Notes: generated by a model not told the origin, from the sequence alone. A DNA stretch of 64,000 nucleotides from Cercozoa sp. M6MM (GCA_040357565.1 JBDODJ010000036.1); one strand, 5' to 3'. Positions 19,998 to 33,924 are shown, counted from the stretch's first letter. Program-made: numbers and translations.

Positions 19998-22650
19998 TCA
20001 GAACAGGTCCTCGTCGGACAAGAAACCGTCGTCGGAGTCGCCGCCAGTTGTGGCAATCGGCACGGTCTCTGGCGGTGCTTGTTCCTCATGTTCGACGGTG
20101 GTCTCCGGCAAGAGCTCTTGCTCTTCTTGCCGTTGTTGTTGTTGTTGTTGTGCCTCTTGGACTGGAGGAGACTGCTCAGTCAGCACAAACATACAAAAAT
20201 GTACTACAAGGGCGAGGGGTAAGAACACAACGTACGCGCGTAAGGTCGCCGTAGTCGGGCACGGCGATGCCAAGGGCGGCAAAGGCAGCGCGACGCTGCG
20301 CAAGCGTTTCTCGTGTCAGCGCGGACAGCTGCTGCCGCTGCCTCAGTCTGACGTATAGCAGTATAACCCCTCCCCCCCTACCCCGCCCCTGAAAGGAGTA
20401 GTACTGATTCTCGGCAGCGACGCCGGCAACGGGCGGCAGCACCGACACGAAGCACAGGTGTCGCTTGTGCGTGCGCAGCACCTGGTGGAACACCAGGTAG
20501 GCGTCCGTGCGCACGCGCAGTCGACTCGACGGGTGGAAGTACACCTCCGCCTCGTCCCTGTGGGGGGGGGGGGTAAAAGGTAAATGCGGGCTGCGGGGGG
20601 GGGGGGGGGGGGGCAAAGAAACGCACCACACACGAATATGCGCGTTGCTGGCTGCGTCGAATCTCACCAACTATCAGGGGGTAGGGGGTAAGAAAGGGGT
20701 GGGGGTGGGGGTAAAACCTGGCCTACATTGAACGGATTGGCCGAGGCGAGACACATCGAAATGGCGCGAGCACTGTCCTCCTTCGACTCGAGGTTCGGCA
20801 ACTCGTGCGGCTTCACCTGGGGGGGGGGGGTAAAGTGGGGGGTAAAGAGGTGAAGTAGGGGGAAAGAGTGAGTAAAAAGGGTGAGGCAGAATAAGTGGGG
20901 TAAGGGGGTATAGGGCGTACATGTCTCCGATGCAGTCGCGAGCACCAGCGCGCGCACATCTGCCGCAACTGACGGTACGCCTGCACGGCACTCTCCAACA
21001 CACGACGTGACACGTACTTGTTGTGACACCTGCCGGGGTAAACAGGGGGGTAAACAGAGGGGTAAACAAGGGGGTAAACAGGGGGGTAGACAGGGGGTAA
21101 AGGGTAAAACCAGGTGCTAATGATGGCCGAGGAATCGTCCTCGTTGCGACCGCGTTTGATGGCACCTTCCCGTCCTACTCAGTCGGGTCCACTTGTACCG
21201 GTCCAGTCGGGTCCATTTGTACCGTGTTCACTTAAGTAGGTCCATTTGTACCGGTGTTGACCAGGTAGGTGGCGTACTCGTTTGGATCCTCTGTGACGCG
21301 AATGAAGGCGCGCAGCAGCTGCACCTGCACTTGGGCAGTTTTACCCCCCTACCCCATTTACCCCCCTCCTATTACCCCCCTACCAGAGTCATGTGGTCGC
21401 CACTCGGATGAAGGAACTCGTTCCACGCTTCGACTGCCGACGACCTGGGCAGTCCACGTTTGTACTCTTATTCCCATACCCTCCATACCCCCATATCCCC
21501 ATACCCCCATATCCCCCATACCCCATACCCTTAAACCCCCGTACCAAGCATACCCCCGACTGAAAGAAAGGTACCACTCGGAGGCGTTGCGCGAGCGTTT
21601 CCAGACGGCGTGTGCGTTGGGCTGTTCCAGCAGTGCGCCCACCAGCAGCAGGTCGTCCGTGCAGCCCAGGCCTGTCAAAGGGGGTGTGTGGGGGTGGGGG
21701 GTAATAGGGGTAAAGGGAGGTAAACCTTGCTCGACCGAAGTGGGCCGCATCGACAGAAAGACGGCACGTGACATGGCGGCACTCACTGGCATCGACGTCA
21801 TGAAGGCGCCTGCCTCCGTCAGACTCAGCAGGGCTGGAGGGTAGGGGTAGGGGGTAAGGGTGTGGGGCGGGGGTAAGGTGNNNNNNNNNNNNNNNNNNNN
21901 NNNNNNNNNNNNNNNNNNNNNNNNNNNNNNNNNNNNNNNNNNNNNNNNNNNNNNNNNNNNNNNNNNNNNNNNNNNNNNNNCCCCCCCCCCCCACTTTACC
22001 CCATACCCCCACCTACAGCATCACGTACCCGACCCAGTCTCGCCGACCACGACGATTACGCGGCCACCTACACACATCGTTGTGTAGTTTACTCCCTTGC
22101 CCCTTACCCCTTATCCTTATACCCCTGCCCTATACCCCGACCCCAAGACCCCAAAACAAAAAGTACCGCCGCTGGTGGCGTAGAGTGCATTGTACACTTT
22201 GGAAAAGTGTGCTTGTGCCTGTACAGATATGTACACGTGCATTTTTGGACATAGCTTGGACGGTCCAAACGTACGGGCAGGTTGGACTGCCAGACACTCG
22301 CCGGCGGCAGTCGCTCTGGGGACTTCTGTAGCCACAAGTGTACTCAGCCCCTTTGATCCCTCAAACTGTACGCACCTCTTGCCATTGAAACACATCGTTC
22401 GGCAACTCAAACTTCGACTCGTCGTCGACTGCCACGACGTCGTCCATTTCCGGCAGTGCCTATTTTGTTTTTTCATTTTTTGTATTTTTATTGGCGAGCT
22501 CTTAATTAGAGCCCAGATACCACAGCAAAGCTACCAAAACGTAACACTGTGTAATGAACACACACGGGAGTGCATCAGAATGTATGGAAAGTGCTACGAA
22601 GCCCCCTTAAACTATCGTTAGAGTGATCAGCGACAGTCTGAATAATCGCT
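19998..22650 (-). CDS. DEAH-box RNA helicase (RecA core hidden in an assembly gap)
   Basis: Walker A exon RVIVVVGETGSG at 22029-22067 lies just before the N-gap. After the gap: HA2 domain GAFMTSMPVSAAMSRAVFLS..LGCTDDLLLVGALL and OB-NTP-binding region VYFHPSSRL..YLVFHQVLRTHKRHLCFVS. Stop at 19998; start approximate. Confidence 0.85.
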
Positions 22651-22711
22651 TAAATCTCACGCAGATAGATACTCTGGTAGTGGTCTGCGGTTGAAACTGG
22701 CGCGTTATAGC

Positions 22712-22939
22712 ATGGGGTGGCAGTCATGGCGCCGGAGCGTCAAGTCAGATTTCTGCATGGAGATCTCAGTGTGGCTGCAGACGCTGCTGCTATCGCTGGT
22801 GATTCTCGGCATACAGTACGCGCCAAAGACCGATGTTCTGCTGCCAACGATGATTTTGGTGGACGTGGCCTGTTTTTTCTTGATTTCTTACGCCATTCTG
22901 TCGCCTATCAAGCACGCTGTATGCATGTTATCTCCCCGT

Positions 22940-22987
<48 letters not shown>

Positions 22988-24000
22988 GGTGGTAATGTGT
23001 ATGTATGTTGTGTAAATGTGCATGTGCGTGTGCAATGGCAGAAGCGTGCCGTGCGACAGTTGTTGCACACGGCCGAGAGACCGCCGGTGCTGCAGGCGAT
23101 CCCGATGGTCGCAGGTGCCGCTGCGCACCTGCTGTTGCTCTGCGTGGTCGTGTCAGCCCATGCGGGTCTGTACCGGTATTTCACCCTCCCCACCCCCTCC
23201 CTTTGCCCACTACCCTATTTTACTCCGCCCTCAGAGTGCTACAGGGTGAGTCGGTGCACGTCGTGGCGATTCCGCTGCTGTTGTTGAGTGCTGCACTGAT
23301 GCTGTACGGCGTTCTCTTTGTTTCCTGGACACTCGAGTGCTGCACGGCCGGCTGTCTGCTCGTTGTCGTAGTTTTACCCCTAACCTCTCTTTTTACCCCC
23401 CTTTACCCCCTTCCTTTATCCCCCGTGCAGTACTCTGCGCTGACTCTGGCTGGCCGGCACTCGCTGCTGCCGCTGCTGGCACTGGCGGCAGCCTGCACGC
23501 TCTACTGCGTTGCACTGCTGTTCGTCGTGTCCTTCTCGTCGCACGGTCGACTACTGGTCTGTTGCTGTGGTGTTCTTGTACTTGTGGGTGTCCGCGCGGA
23601 CATGTTGTTCTGTCAGACCGTGCTGATGACGGTCACGTTTGGAGTGTTCACAACGGCACTGGCGCTGCTACACTGCGGCAGCACTGCGCAGACCAAGACT
23701 TTCGTCACTCTGAGTGCGATGTGTCTGCCTCTTGCGTTTCTGGTATCCGCCGGGATGTTTGCTTGGGTGATTCGCGTCACAAGTGAGTCACTGATGTGAC
23801 CGGTGCTGTGTAGGCTCTGGTGTGTGCACCAGTACAACGATGCGGGAGTCATGCTCACCTGTGGCAGTCGCGACACCTGCACGTGCTGCATTTGGCCGAT
23901 GCTGCGGTACCTCGCCCCTCGCTCTTTCGGTGTCCTCGCGTATACTGTACTCCTGTATAGCACACGCCAGAACGAACATTCACCGAGGATGATGAGGTAG
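22712..24000 (+). CDS. Hypothetical multi-pass membrane protein (~7-8 hydrophobic segments)
   Basis: Six spliced exons with long hydrophobic stretches (LQTLLLSLVILGI, LLLLSAALMLYGVLFV, LPLAFLVSAGMFAWVI). No family recognised. Confidence 0.65.
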
Positions 24001-24537
24001 TTCTACTCCAAACTCACAATTCTCAATGTATAGATTGTGTATTAACATTATATCTGCGTGTGCAGAGAGTGCAGCGCCTGCCTGCGAAATTCACCGAATC
24101 CGGCTCTGGCAGACGGAACAGTACAGTTTCTGTCGATGCGTGTTGTGCGTGTGTCTTAGTAATTATACCCAATTTTGTATTGCACCAAGGTAAGCGTCGG
24201 TCGGGTGTGCTTTCGCGTTAAACTCGAACGCGATTTGAAACCAAATCGCATCTGAACGTTCTACCTCCCGGCCTCGCCATCGCATCGCGCAATATGCGAC
24301 GTCGCGTGACGGTCCCATCCGATTCGATCTTCCGTTCCGACCCGACCGGACGTGCGAGTCCTTTCGCCAGGTCGTTCCGTCTCACGCCCGTCAGCGCAGT
24401 CGTACTGTACGGTACAGTACTCGACTTCGCTTACCCGGGTCAGTTCCGTCAGTCAGTTACGTTACAGATGTACAGTCAAACATCTCGTCTACTCGTACTT
24501 TCAACTTTTCAAGAACGCATCCGATGGCGGTCAATGC

Positions 24538-26894
24538 ATGAACGGAACGGAACTGGTGCACGCGACGACCGAGCCTCCGCTCCCTGGCTCACCCTACCCT
24601 TGCGTTGAAGTTGACTTCGACAGCAGGTTCCGCCTCCTGCGACCCGACTGCGCGACCGTCTGCCGCCGCACGACTGATGACGTTTTTGTAAGTTACGCCT
24701 GAACGACAGATAAATAAATTACTAGAAAACTAACTAAACTTAAATCCGAAAAACTAACTGAACGTGCACGTGTACACTGGATGTAGCATTTCGCGCCATT
24801 TCGTTCTGATACCGATGGCTTGCGGGATCGATATCCGCGCGGAGCTCATCACAGAACTGACCGTTTATGATGAATGTTCTGGTAGAGCAAGAACGCAAGT
24901 ATAGTGTATACTCCAGCCCCGTTCTCCAGCCACTGTACACGCATGCAAACTATCACGCTTAGGTTACTTCTTCCGAGCAAGGAAGAGGGACTCACAACTC
25001 TGCTGCAGCAAAACAAAATTTCCATCCGTGTTGGAGAGCGCGCTTATGAGGTCGGTCGCGGCCTTTTGGTAAACCAAGCTGTTATGTGCGCGAGGTTGGG
25101 AGACCTGATAGCGGTATTTGAATTCGTGCTACAGGAACTAGTGATGCCGAAAGTGGGCGTGTGTGAGACAAATGAAACATCGCTCGTAAAGAGAACTCAA
25201 CTGCTTACCGAGAAAAACGTCTCTTCGCTCGGTACAGTAAATGTATATATGCCCACAACATTTCGCTCAATTCAATCCAGTTTGTCTCCCCAGTGACGCT
25301 GCTTCAAACTGGAGAAGTCGAGCTCAGCATAGTTCAAGTTCCGGCTTTCTACGAAATCGGTACTATTTAGTTTATCAGCTGCACGCCCTATATATACGGC
25401 TACTTTACTGCTGTTTGCGGGGTAGGGTTTGACTTGCAGAGTCACTTGCTGTTAAAAGCGCTCAACAAAGTTGTGGCGGCTCGAACTGATCAGTTTTTCG
25501 TGAAGCTTCTTTGCTCAGGGTTGCAAGGCAAACCACTGAGTCGCTATCTCTTTGCTCTTGCTTGTGTGCTGATGCGTGTTGCGAAGTTGTGGCGAGTCTC
25601 GCCCCGAAATTTGGCATCTGCATCCCTCGCGGTGCATTTTACACTCGAGCGGCGGCACCTCATCGAGGCTTTTTCTATGTCGCGTGACCTCTTTCTGATG
25701 TAAGGACGCTCGCTTTCGCATCACTGCACATGGTTTTCTGGAATGATACTGCAACTCAGGCATTTGCTGAAAATATTCGATTTGACTGGGTGCCCGCGAG
25801 GTATTGCGGAACAATATTGTCGTCTGGGTAAGGCAACTTAATTATGTGAAGCTGCCCACTCTGTATCCAGGGAGTACCTTGCGGCGATTTGGCAAGATTC
25901 TGTTACAACGAGCATTTGAATTCACTCCCGCGATGGCTTCGAGCGCACCTCAGTTTCTCCTGTGTTTCATACTTGCTGCGGATCTTCCACAGGCAGCCTA
26001 CCAAAGCAGCACGTTCGAGCAATTGTTTGCCAGGCCTCAGGACAGCTTGCGGAAAAACAAGAACCGGGCGGTAGGAAAGATGTTGAGATCTGCCCTCGAC
26101 AGTCAGAATCAAACAATCAAACTCTACGCCGCGCTTCAGGTTAGCTCGTTGGCATCTCCCCTTTTCCTTTTTTGTTCAGCATGTGCCCTTCAGACATTTC
26201 GCGCGATGCCGCTTTTGCGCGCTCTCATCGCAGAAGAGGAAGTGCTCGAGCTTGCTATAGTGGCGAGTCGGGTCCCAAGAATCAAACGCGCGGTATGTTA
26301 AACTGTTTACACGTCAGTTTGCGTGTTCAGTTTACCTCAAAATTTACTCGCACTAGCACTGTATATTAGTTGCACTCCGGAAACTTGCTTTGTGATGCAA
26401 GTATTTTCAGTCGCAGTTGGCACACGGTATCTTTAACTGCTTTAACTTACACAAACCTCCGAAAACCTTAAACTTACATATGCGGAAATCTCTTTTAAAG
26501 GTGTCACCTCAAACCATTGTGGACGCAGTAAGACAGCATGTGTACGGAGGAGATTTTTTGCACGAGGTCGAAGCTTTGCATGCAGGTATTTTCGCACTAA
26601 CATGTGTGTCGTTGTTTTTATCATGTTGCGAAGCGCGTGGGCGTTTGCCGCCTCCACCTGGCGAAAAGGATGGTGAGTCGATACTTCTGAGCCAAATAAG
26701 TCCGTTTGCGAATTCACAAGGGTCGTGCATGTCGGCGCGTTCAAGCTGTCAGACTAGAAGTAAAAAACGCGACCAACTTGCGCGAGCCCGTCGTTTTCGA
26801 CGCCGAGCTCAACGAAAGTCAACTCAGGTGGTGCGAGCAACTAAACGCAAGTCAAGGTCGTGGAAAAGTCGGGCTCGTGCCCGAGCTAGACTGA
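24538..26894 (+). CDS. Multi-exon hypothetical, largely helical protein
   Basis: Chain of plus-strand exons separated by T-rich GT-AG introns (e.g. LGDLIAVFEFVLQELVMPK, LRRFGKILLQRAFEF). Boundaries approximate. Confidence 0.45.
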
Positions 26895-27023
26895 CCGGCA
26901 GATTGGGATACCGTCACTCAGGAACGTCAGCTTTAGAGCTTGGCGGTACTGAATTAGTCTAAATCAATCGGCCTCCGGGACGTGTCAAGTGATTTTAGTT
27001 CGCACCTTGTCGTTCACGGAAAC

Positions 27024-30000
27024 TCAACTGAACTCTTGAAGTTTCATTATCCGTTTGCGGAGCCAGCGGGCTGCTTTTGCGCAGTCGTCAAATGTCAGGA
27101 TACGACATGCGTAAGGATCTACCCGAGCCAGGGCATCGTCAACGAGATCAATTGCCGACTCGGAAACCTCCATATCAATTTCTCTTGACTCCACGCTTTG
27201 CCGGAGAATCACTCCTCGCGCAACGCGTCGCAAGAGACGCGCAGCCTCGTGCTGGCAAGTGGCACGATATACAGGAGAGCTGAACTGCTTTAAAGTGTTG
27301 ACATGTTGAAAGTACTGTACCTCGTGCAAAACCCCCGCCCTTTTGTCGTCGAACTCACGAAAAGTGCGCGACAACTCAGACAACTCTGCTCTCTGGTTCC
27401 CACAGCCAAGAGTCATGTCCCGTAAAAAAAAGGAGGGTAAATGTTGAAAGTTACCTCCCGCTGCAACACTGCATAGGCTACAGCATCTAGAACAAGTTCA
27501 AAGCGCGTGAGCCGGCGAAAGCGGCGCTGTTTTCGAAGCAGTGTAGCGGCTGAATTAACAGTAAAATAGAATTGACATCAGCAGACAAACACAGCAGTGC
27601 TACGCTGTGTTGCGTCGCGTCTCCGCACGCTTCGCTCAAGTCGGCTCTCTCCAAAGCTGCTGCCTCCAACTCGTCGTCGCTCAATGTCCAATGATTCAAC
27701 GTCTGCAACCTCTTTCTTTTGCGTCCGCATGACTTTGTCGAAGTGCTTCACGATGCAGTTGGTGAGACTCGGGTGCCTCTCGAAAGATCTCTGCCAAACA
27801 CATTGTTTCACATGACTTCTCCACCTTGTATGTTCATATGCATTGTTCGGTGCCAGTACTACAATTTACCATAATCATCTTTCTGGCTAAGGAGACCAAC
27901 ATTGGAGCCGTCGCCGTGTCTCGAACTCTTTGAGATAGGTTGGAGGAGTGCGTCGGCCGAAAACTCGTAGTTGTTTCACTATCTCGGAGAACTGATCGCA
28001 AGCCGTCCATCTGCGTCAACGCAACAGCCCATTTGAAAGTTTAGAGTTAAGCAAACGGAGATAGTCTGAGAGGTGAGGCAACAAAACTGTACCAAACGAT
28101 CGCGAAGCTGTTCGCGATTGATGCGATCGACGAGGGCTTCCGACACTTTGTTGTCGAGTGCATCTCGAAAGGCGGCTGCTTCTCCGTCAGTATCCTCGTA
28201 GCGACGGAGTGCCAAAATGAGCTGGCGAACCCATGCTTTCGCGGCCGAGTCCTTTGGCTTGACACTTTCACCACAGGGTGGGTCATGCATCGCGGTCGAA
28301 CTGACACTTTCGATATCTGCCTGAGCGTGCCAACGCTCAAAACTGTTGTAGTGACGCCGTCTGGCGAACGAAGGCTTTCGCACTCTCACTACTCGCGGAC
28401 GACGGCGTATGTGCTTTTCTCTCGTCCAGTTGCCGACGTTTCCGAGTCTGCGAGTAGCGTCCTGAATCACGAACTGTTGCAGCGAGAGGCGGGGTCGTTT
28501 CAATGCCACGCATCGGTCGTCTTCGCGTTTCTTCTCCAGCAACAAGCGACGGACTAAATAAAAAACGGTTGCCTTGCATCCCCAGATAGAAACCTGAAAG
28601 AGTATCGAGTGAACTGAAACATACCTTCGCGATGCAGCTTCCCGAGAGACCACTTGCGAGAGCCTTGACCAAACTCGTACTCGTGCGAGAACAAACTCAG
28701 TTGTGACCGGCCTGTTCTTCTTTTTCGCTTTCGCTCTTGGTTCCAGAAAAGCATTTCAGAATCGTCTTCGTCCGAAACAGGTTCGTTTGTAGGCCTCTCA
28801 TGCTTGATACCCTGGGAATGACCGTGACTTTGACTCTGTGGACGAGCAGCAGCAGCCGGACGGCTTTGATTTCGACTGCGTACAATCGCCGTTTTAGGTC
28901 GACTCCTAAACGTTCGTTTCTTGTCGTCAATGTTGCAGCTTTCCAACAAGGTGGCACTGTCGACTTCTCCACGTGATTGAGTAGAGCTAGAACCCGTTTC
29001 AATCCGCTCGCTGAACTCACTCAGCCCCTCGCTTTGTGTTGGTACCTCATCTCCCTCCGAATCCTTTGAAGATTCAACGTCAGTGCTGTACGAGTCACGC
29101 AGTTGCTGTTCAATCTGTCGTGACAAGCGGCGTGACTGCTCGAGCAGTTGTTGCTGCGACTCTTCGTTTTTGTCGGCTTTGGTGTGCAACTCGCGCTCAT
29201 GTTTCAACAGCTTGTGATGCAAAACAGGCGAAGCACACGGAGAATCGGAGATTTCGACAGCTTGGCGTTCCTTTGATATGCCGGGCAGCTGCCGCGGGCT
29301 GTCGATCTTCCCATCTGAATCGATTTCGTCCTGTTTTTCGCCTTCAAGCTGTTCGCCGTTCGCACGGTCGTTCATAATCGTCAACAACAGAGACCGCAGC
29401 TTCTCGTTTTCGACTTCATTGGCATGAAGAAGTTTCGCGATGCTGCGCCAGATTGGGGCCACGTCTTGCTCGCTTTTCGGAAAGAAATGGACGCCTGTCA
29501 CTTCAAAGAAGCGTTCAAAGGCGCTCACCTAAATTTACATCACGTAGACAATACACTCTGAGTTGGACTCGTTCGTGTCTGAGTGAAAATTTGTAAATAA
29601 ACGTACGAAGCGGCCAGGCAGAAAGTCTTTCCAATGAGCAACCACCTCTTTGAGCGCAGTCAAAGCAGCGGTGGTTTGTACCGCAATGGCCTGAAGCTCC
29701 TGAGTATCGACAGTTGAAGTTCCACTGTGGAGAGCAACCACATTGGGAACAACACTGGAGCGACGAATGCGCGAAGTAGCCGACTTGATGCGGCTGGCAG
29801 GCAGATACTGTCCGACCAGAGATGAGACAAAATCCAGAGTACTGTCGACGCGTTGTTCTTTCTCCGACACGCCAATGGTCCCAGAGAGACACTCCACGCT
29901 AGTGCTCTTCGGTGTGACAACCGACATGCGCGGTTGCGCTGGAGGTGAATGGGTGTCTTGCCGATGTTTCGGGATGGGTTTCCACACTAGCTGTGCTAAA

Positions 30001-32295
30001 GTTTGGCACTGAAGCTGGAGCTTTTTGTCCGGTATACGAAACTCGATGCACTCGGGTTGCGCGTTGAAACGTCGAAGTTCGCTCTCTGCTGCCGAGGCAA
30101 TCGCTGCGAACTCTCGTAGGAACCTCGCGGGTGTCAGGTTTCTGTCACCCCACAGTAAGAGTTTTGCTTGACTGATAATGTTAGGTTCTGTAAACGTTAC
30201 TTCATTGTGCGCAAGTCAAGGACGAAGTGTTTGGGATAGATCTGAAGCTTCGAGAAAGACACCGATTTTCGGCGCAGTACGTCTTTCGCCTGCTCGAGGG
30301 TATCGATACTTCAAGCTGGTTAGTGTTCTCGATACGATAGGATTTACCTGCTCAAACGAAGTGACATTGTCCACGACGACAGTTTCGGAATCCATGGCAC
30401 CGCCCTAACCGTGCATCCGGTTACGGTGACTAAACGACGTGCTGCGCTGCTTTGAATACTGCTGACTGGGGAGTAAACCCGGAATTCTCCGCATCCTCGC
30501 GGATGCCAGAAACTTGAACTTCAGTTGGCAAGCTCAGTTGAACAATATAAAGTCAGCATCGAATCAGTAGAACCGTCGTGTCGCGACCACGTCCGTTCTG
30601 AGCAAGTCGAGGTACCAAACACCATGATCAAAGTTGAAGTAGCCTTCAAACACGGCTTGCGGGTGCACTTCTCTCAGTTTGGCGAACTAACAGAGAATGC
30701 AATTTCAGACACTGAAGTGTTCAATTGCTGTTATTAAGTTAAGCAAGCCTACATATGCATTTCCTTTTCTCCAGGCAGCGAAATCGCGCACAAAGAACTC
30801 AAACATGAGGAAACTCGAGTCTGCACCGTCGAAACTTGTTGGGATGCTATACGAGTCCGGGAGAGTGACAGAATTTATGGATAGAACTGAGGTTGTGTAC
30901 AGAAACTCGGGAGTGTAGGTGCGAAAGAAGGGTCGATCAATGTCATGCGGAGGCAAAGCGCCGTCGAAGGTGTCATCGTAGTGTCTCGTCGGTACAGTGA
31001 CTTCAGTGTAGGTACCTCGGTTGACGTAGAGCAGTCTGCCCGTGGAGTGATCGATGCGAGTAACCCATCCGAGTGGCAGACGCGGTCCTCGCGGCAGAAA
31101 GCCGCCTTGCAGCAAGTGCTGACAGTTGGGCATCTTCATGCGACGGCGCGTGCCTTCTTTGGGGTCAGCAAAGGAAGCATCGTTAATTTCGGGCCACGAG
31201 TCACTTGGCTCCACCGACACAAAGGAGAACTCTCGGTTGCCCAACTCAGGAACCCTGCGCTTGGGAAAGGTAAACTGGGTGTAAAAAGAAACAGCCAAGG
31301 GAGTAAATTAACCTTGCATAAGCAATGCCGACCTCGGCTCTGGTCAGTCGCCAGGCGTATCGATTCACTTCTTTCGCCATGTGTTGCTGCTCTGCTCAGT
31401 CGACTCTCAAATTCAACTTGCCAGTGCACGAACAGGGTCATACTTGTACCCTTTGCTGCGACTTGGGGAGAAGGATAATGAACGAGTTCCAAGTATGACC
31501 TGAGACGTCGCACAACTTTAACTGTTCTACTCAGAATTTAAAAATAATAAAACCCGGCGCAAGGCTTTATATACCAAAATTCACTGGGAATACGTTGGTT
31601 TGTCGCCCTTGGTTCGCTGTGCAAAGATAACATCCAATGCAACGTTCTCGTTTATTCTGCGTCAACCGAGACAGAGCAATTCAAAACTGACTCAAAGGAA
31701 ACATAAGTGATGCACAAAACACAGTACAGTACCTTCGGGTGCTGAGGATATCGCGCCTCTGGTTGAGCAGCACGCTGTTGCGTTTCGTGTGGAAGGCACT
31801 GGCCGAAGTGTCAGTCTGTCAGTCGCAGCAGTACGACGATACTGTAGTTTGAAAGTACAGTACAGTACCATTGAGTCACACAAAACATCGCCATCGTCGA
31901 GCATTGACAGGTGTTTCAAATCTTCATCGCGCATCTCTTTCGAAAGCAGTTCGAGAAGAGCCTACCAGTCGCAATCTAGTCCTTGCATGTGCCCAGCAGG
32001 CACGACATTGTACCATGGAACTCGCTTCTGACTCCTCGTCATGATCGAGCTGTGCAGAACACCCCAGCGGTACAAAATACAAGCAAAATGAAGTTTCACA
32101 CTCACACCATTCGAAAGACGCGGTAGGGCAGGGATAGATCGTGCTGCAAACGTGCGCTTCCATGCATGTGCGACAGGTCGAAACTGCTTTTCGCCCAACA
32201 CCCACTCGCGAACAGGAGCCAGGCAAGTAACAGCATTGTTGCCCAGCACTCGCCGCGACGTCTAAGCTCCGTAGATTCGGCACTGGGAATGCCTC
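27024..32295 (-). CDS. Long minus-strand coding region (one or several genes) with a WW domain, coiled-coil and an EF-hand-like C-terminus
   Basis: WW-like LPLGWVTRIDHSTGRLLYVNRGTYTEVTVP at ~30990-31079; 324-aa charged ORF 28554..29528; C-terminal RTFREFDDKRAGVL and LTFDDC. I could not resolve how many genes are present. Confidence 0.5.
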
Positions 32296-32399
32296 ATTTT
32301 CAATTCTGCCTTCGGAGTTTCTGTCACCACGCTCCTGATTCTAAACTGCAAAAGAGGCCAGGAGCTGCAAGCGAGCGGCAACTGAAATGCAAATTAAAA

Positions 32400-33655
32400 G
32401 CAGTCGAAAGTACGAGCGAAAACGGATACTGCAAGTTTATATTATTGTCCAGTACTGTTCGGCTTTGCATTTATGAGACACATAGTCCACTAGAACAGCA
32501 AGAAAATATTAGTGCTTCGTGTGAGCAACCCCTATGTCGCCTTCTATGTGTCCACGGTGAGGTTGTTTTGAGTTGTGTGTCCGCGCGGATTGCTTTTCGA
32601 GTTCAGATGCGGTTGTCGTGTACCTCAACGCCCTCACACAGCCGAACCTGTCAAAGCTGATGTCGAAAGACCAAAGCGCAGTCGCTTGTTTCGATTGTGC
32701 CGGTTTCTGTGGCGAGTTGCGACATTGTACGCTTTGTTTTGGCTTTCTCCCCCAAGTGCGACTGGCGCTGTATTTCTGCATTCGAGCAGGCTAAGTCTGG
32801 CGCACAAAGTGTTCCGGGTCGGAAGACATGTTTTGCTGCTCGCAACAGAAGGGTATGCTTCACCTTTCTCAGCTGTACATTGTGTCTGATATTTCTTGGT
32901 TCTGCCAGACACGGAGGTACGCTTGGGATAGCTTTGATGCGCACAACCGCGCGGATACAGTTTCTCGCACACCGACTGTTCGGCTACAAGAAAGTACAGC
33001 GTTCGATTGTATCTTTATGTGTTTGGTTTCATTCAAGATACTTTATAATTAGAGTCGCGTGGTGGAGCACATGCTGGACAAGAATCTCTCGCTGGCCCTG
33101 AACACACTCGAGGTCGCCAAGCGTGTTTCCCAGCAGCAAGCTCATGTGAGATTTCTTTCTTTCTTTTTGCAGGAAAATACAGAACGAAAGCTTATGCGAC
33201 GATGCACAGGTCCCGTCGACATGGCTGCAGCGTATGCAGCATGTGGTGCCGCCGAGTGCTCTCGCCGGCGCCGTCGATGCCGCGATCCTCGTGCAGCACT
33301 GGAGACAGGTCTCGGTACACATCCTTTGCTTGATTTAATTAATTGCTTTAATTGCTTTCGTTGTTGTATTGTGCTGCAATCGAATTCTCGCGTAGCTCAA
33401 GTGGTCGCGCATCTACGCCTCGGTGCTGCGCACTCTGCGCTTTCTGCTCAACCTGCTGCAGGCTATGTTTTGAGTTCAGCTGCAAAAGCTTGCTCAAGCT
33501 TCCCACCCAGCGAACACACGTCAAAATCTTCCACACCTCTTGCGGTTTTCGGAAGACTTAAATGGCTTCCGCGCGGACACAGTAGAGTATGTTGTACATA
33601 CGTAGTACGTAATGCTAGAGTAGATCGCACGGCACGGCATCATATAGTACGGTAG
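32400..33655 (+). CDS. Hypothetical TPR-like helical protein
   Basis: Spliced Ala/Leu helices LSLALNTLEVAKRVS, MAAAYAACGAAE, VAHLRLGAAHSAL. The last exon runs through repeat copy 2. Confidence 0.45.
33469..33586. repeat. Dispersed ~120-bp element, copy 2
   Basis: Alignment to 14239-14359. Confidence 0.9.
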
Positions 33656-33736
33656 CGTGCATGCGCAGACGATCGACGGACCAATCGCAGTGATAACGCG
33701 ATGATTGCAAGATACAAGTCAGTCCTGCGCAGTGAA

Positions 33737-33924
33737 CTATGATTCTTCTTGTGCCTGGCCTGGACTGACATCGTCCTCAGACTGCTGCTGCTGCTGCTGC
33801 TGTTGCTGTTGTTCGGCGGCGTCGTTGTTGTTGTTGGCGAGACGGCGGCGCAGTGCCTCAGGCTCGGTCTTGTCGGTCGTTGGCGGTTTTCTAGGACAGA
33901 AAGGTATAGACACACATGGGTGTG

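Noticed and set aside
19998-21830. Stand-alone HA2/OB protein lacking a helicase core
   Set aside because: A Walker A exon exists upstream of the N-gap, so the core is most likely unassembled.
31924-32283. UBR-box/PHD-like Cys pattern in ORF 31924..32283
   Set aside because: The second Cys pair falls in a probable intron and the ligand spacing is incomplete.
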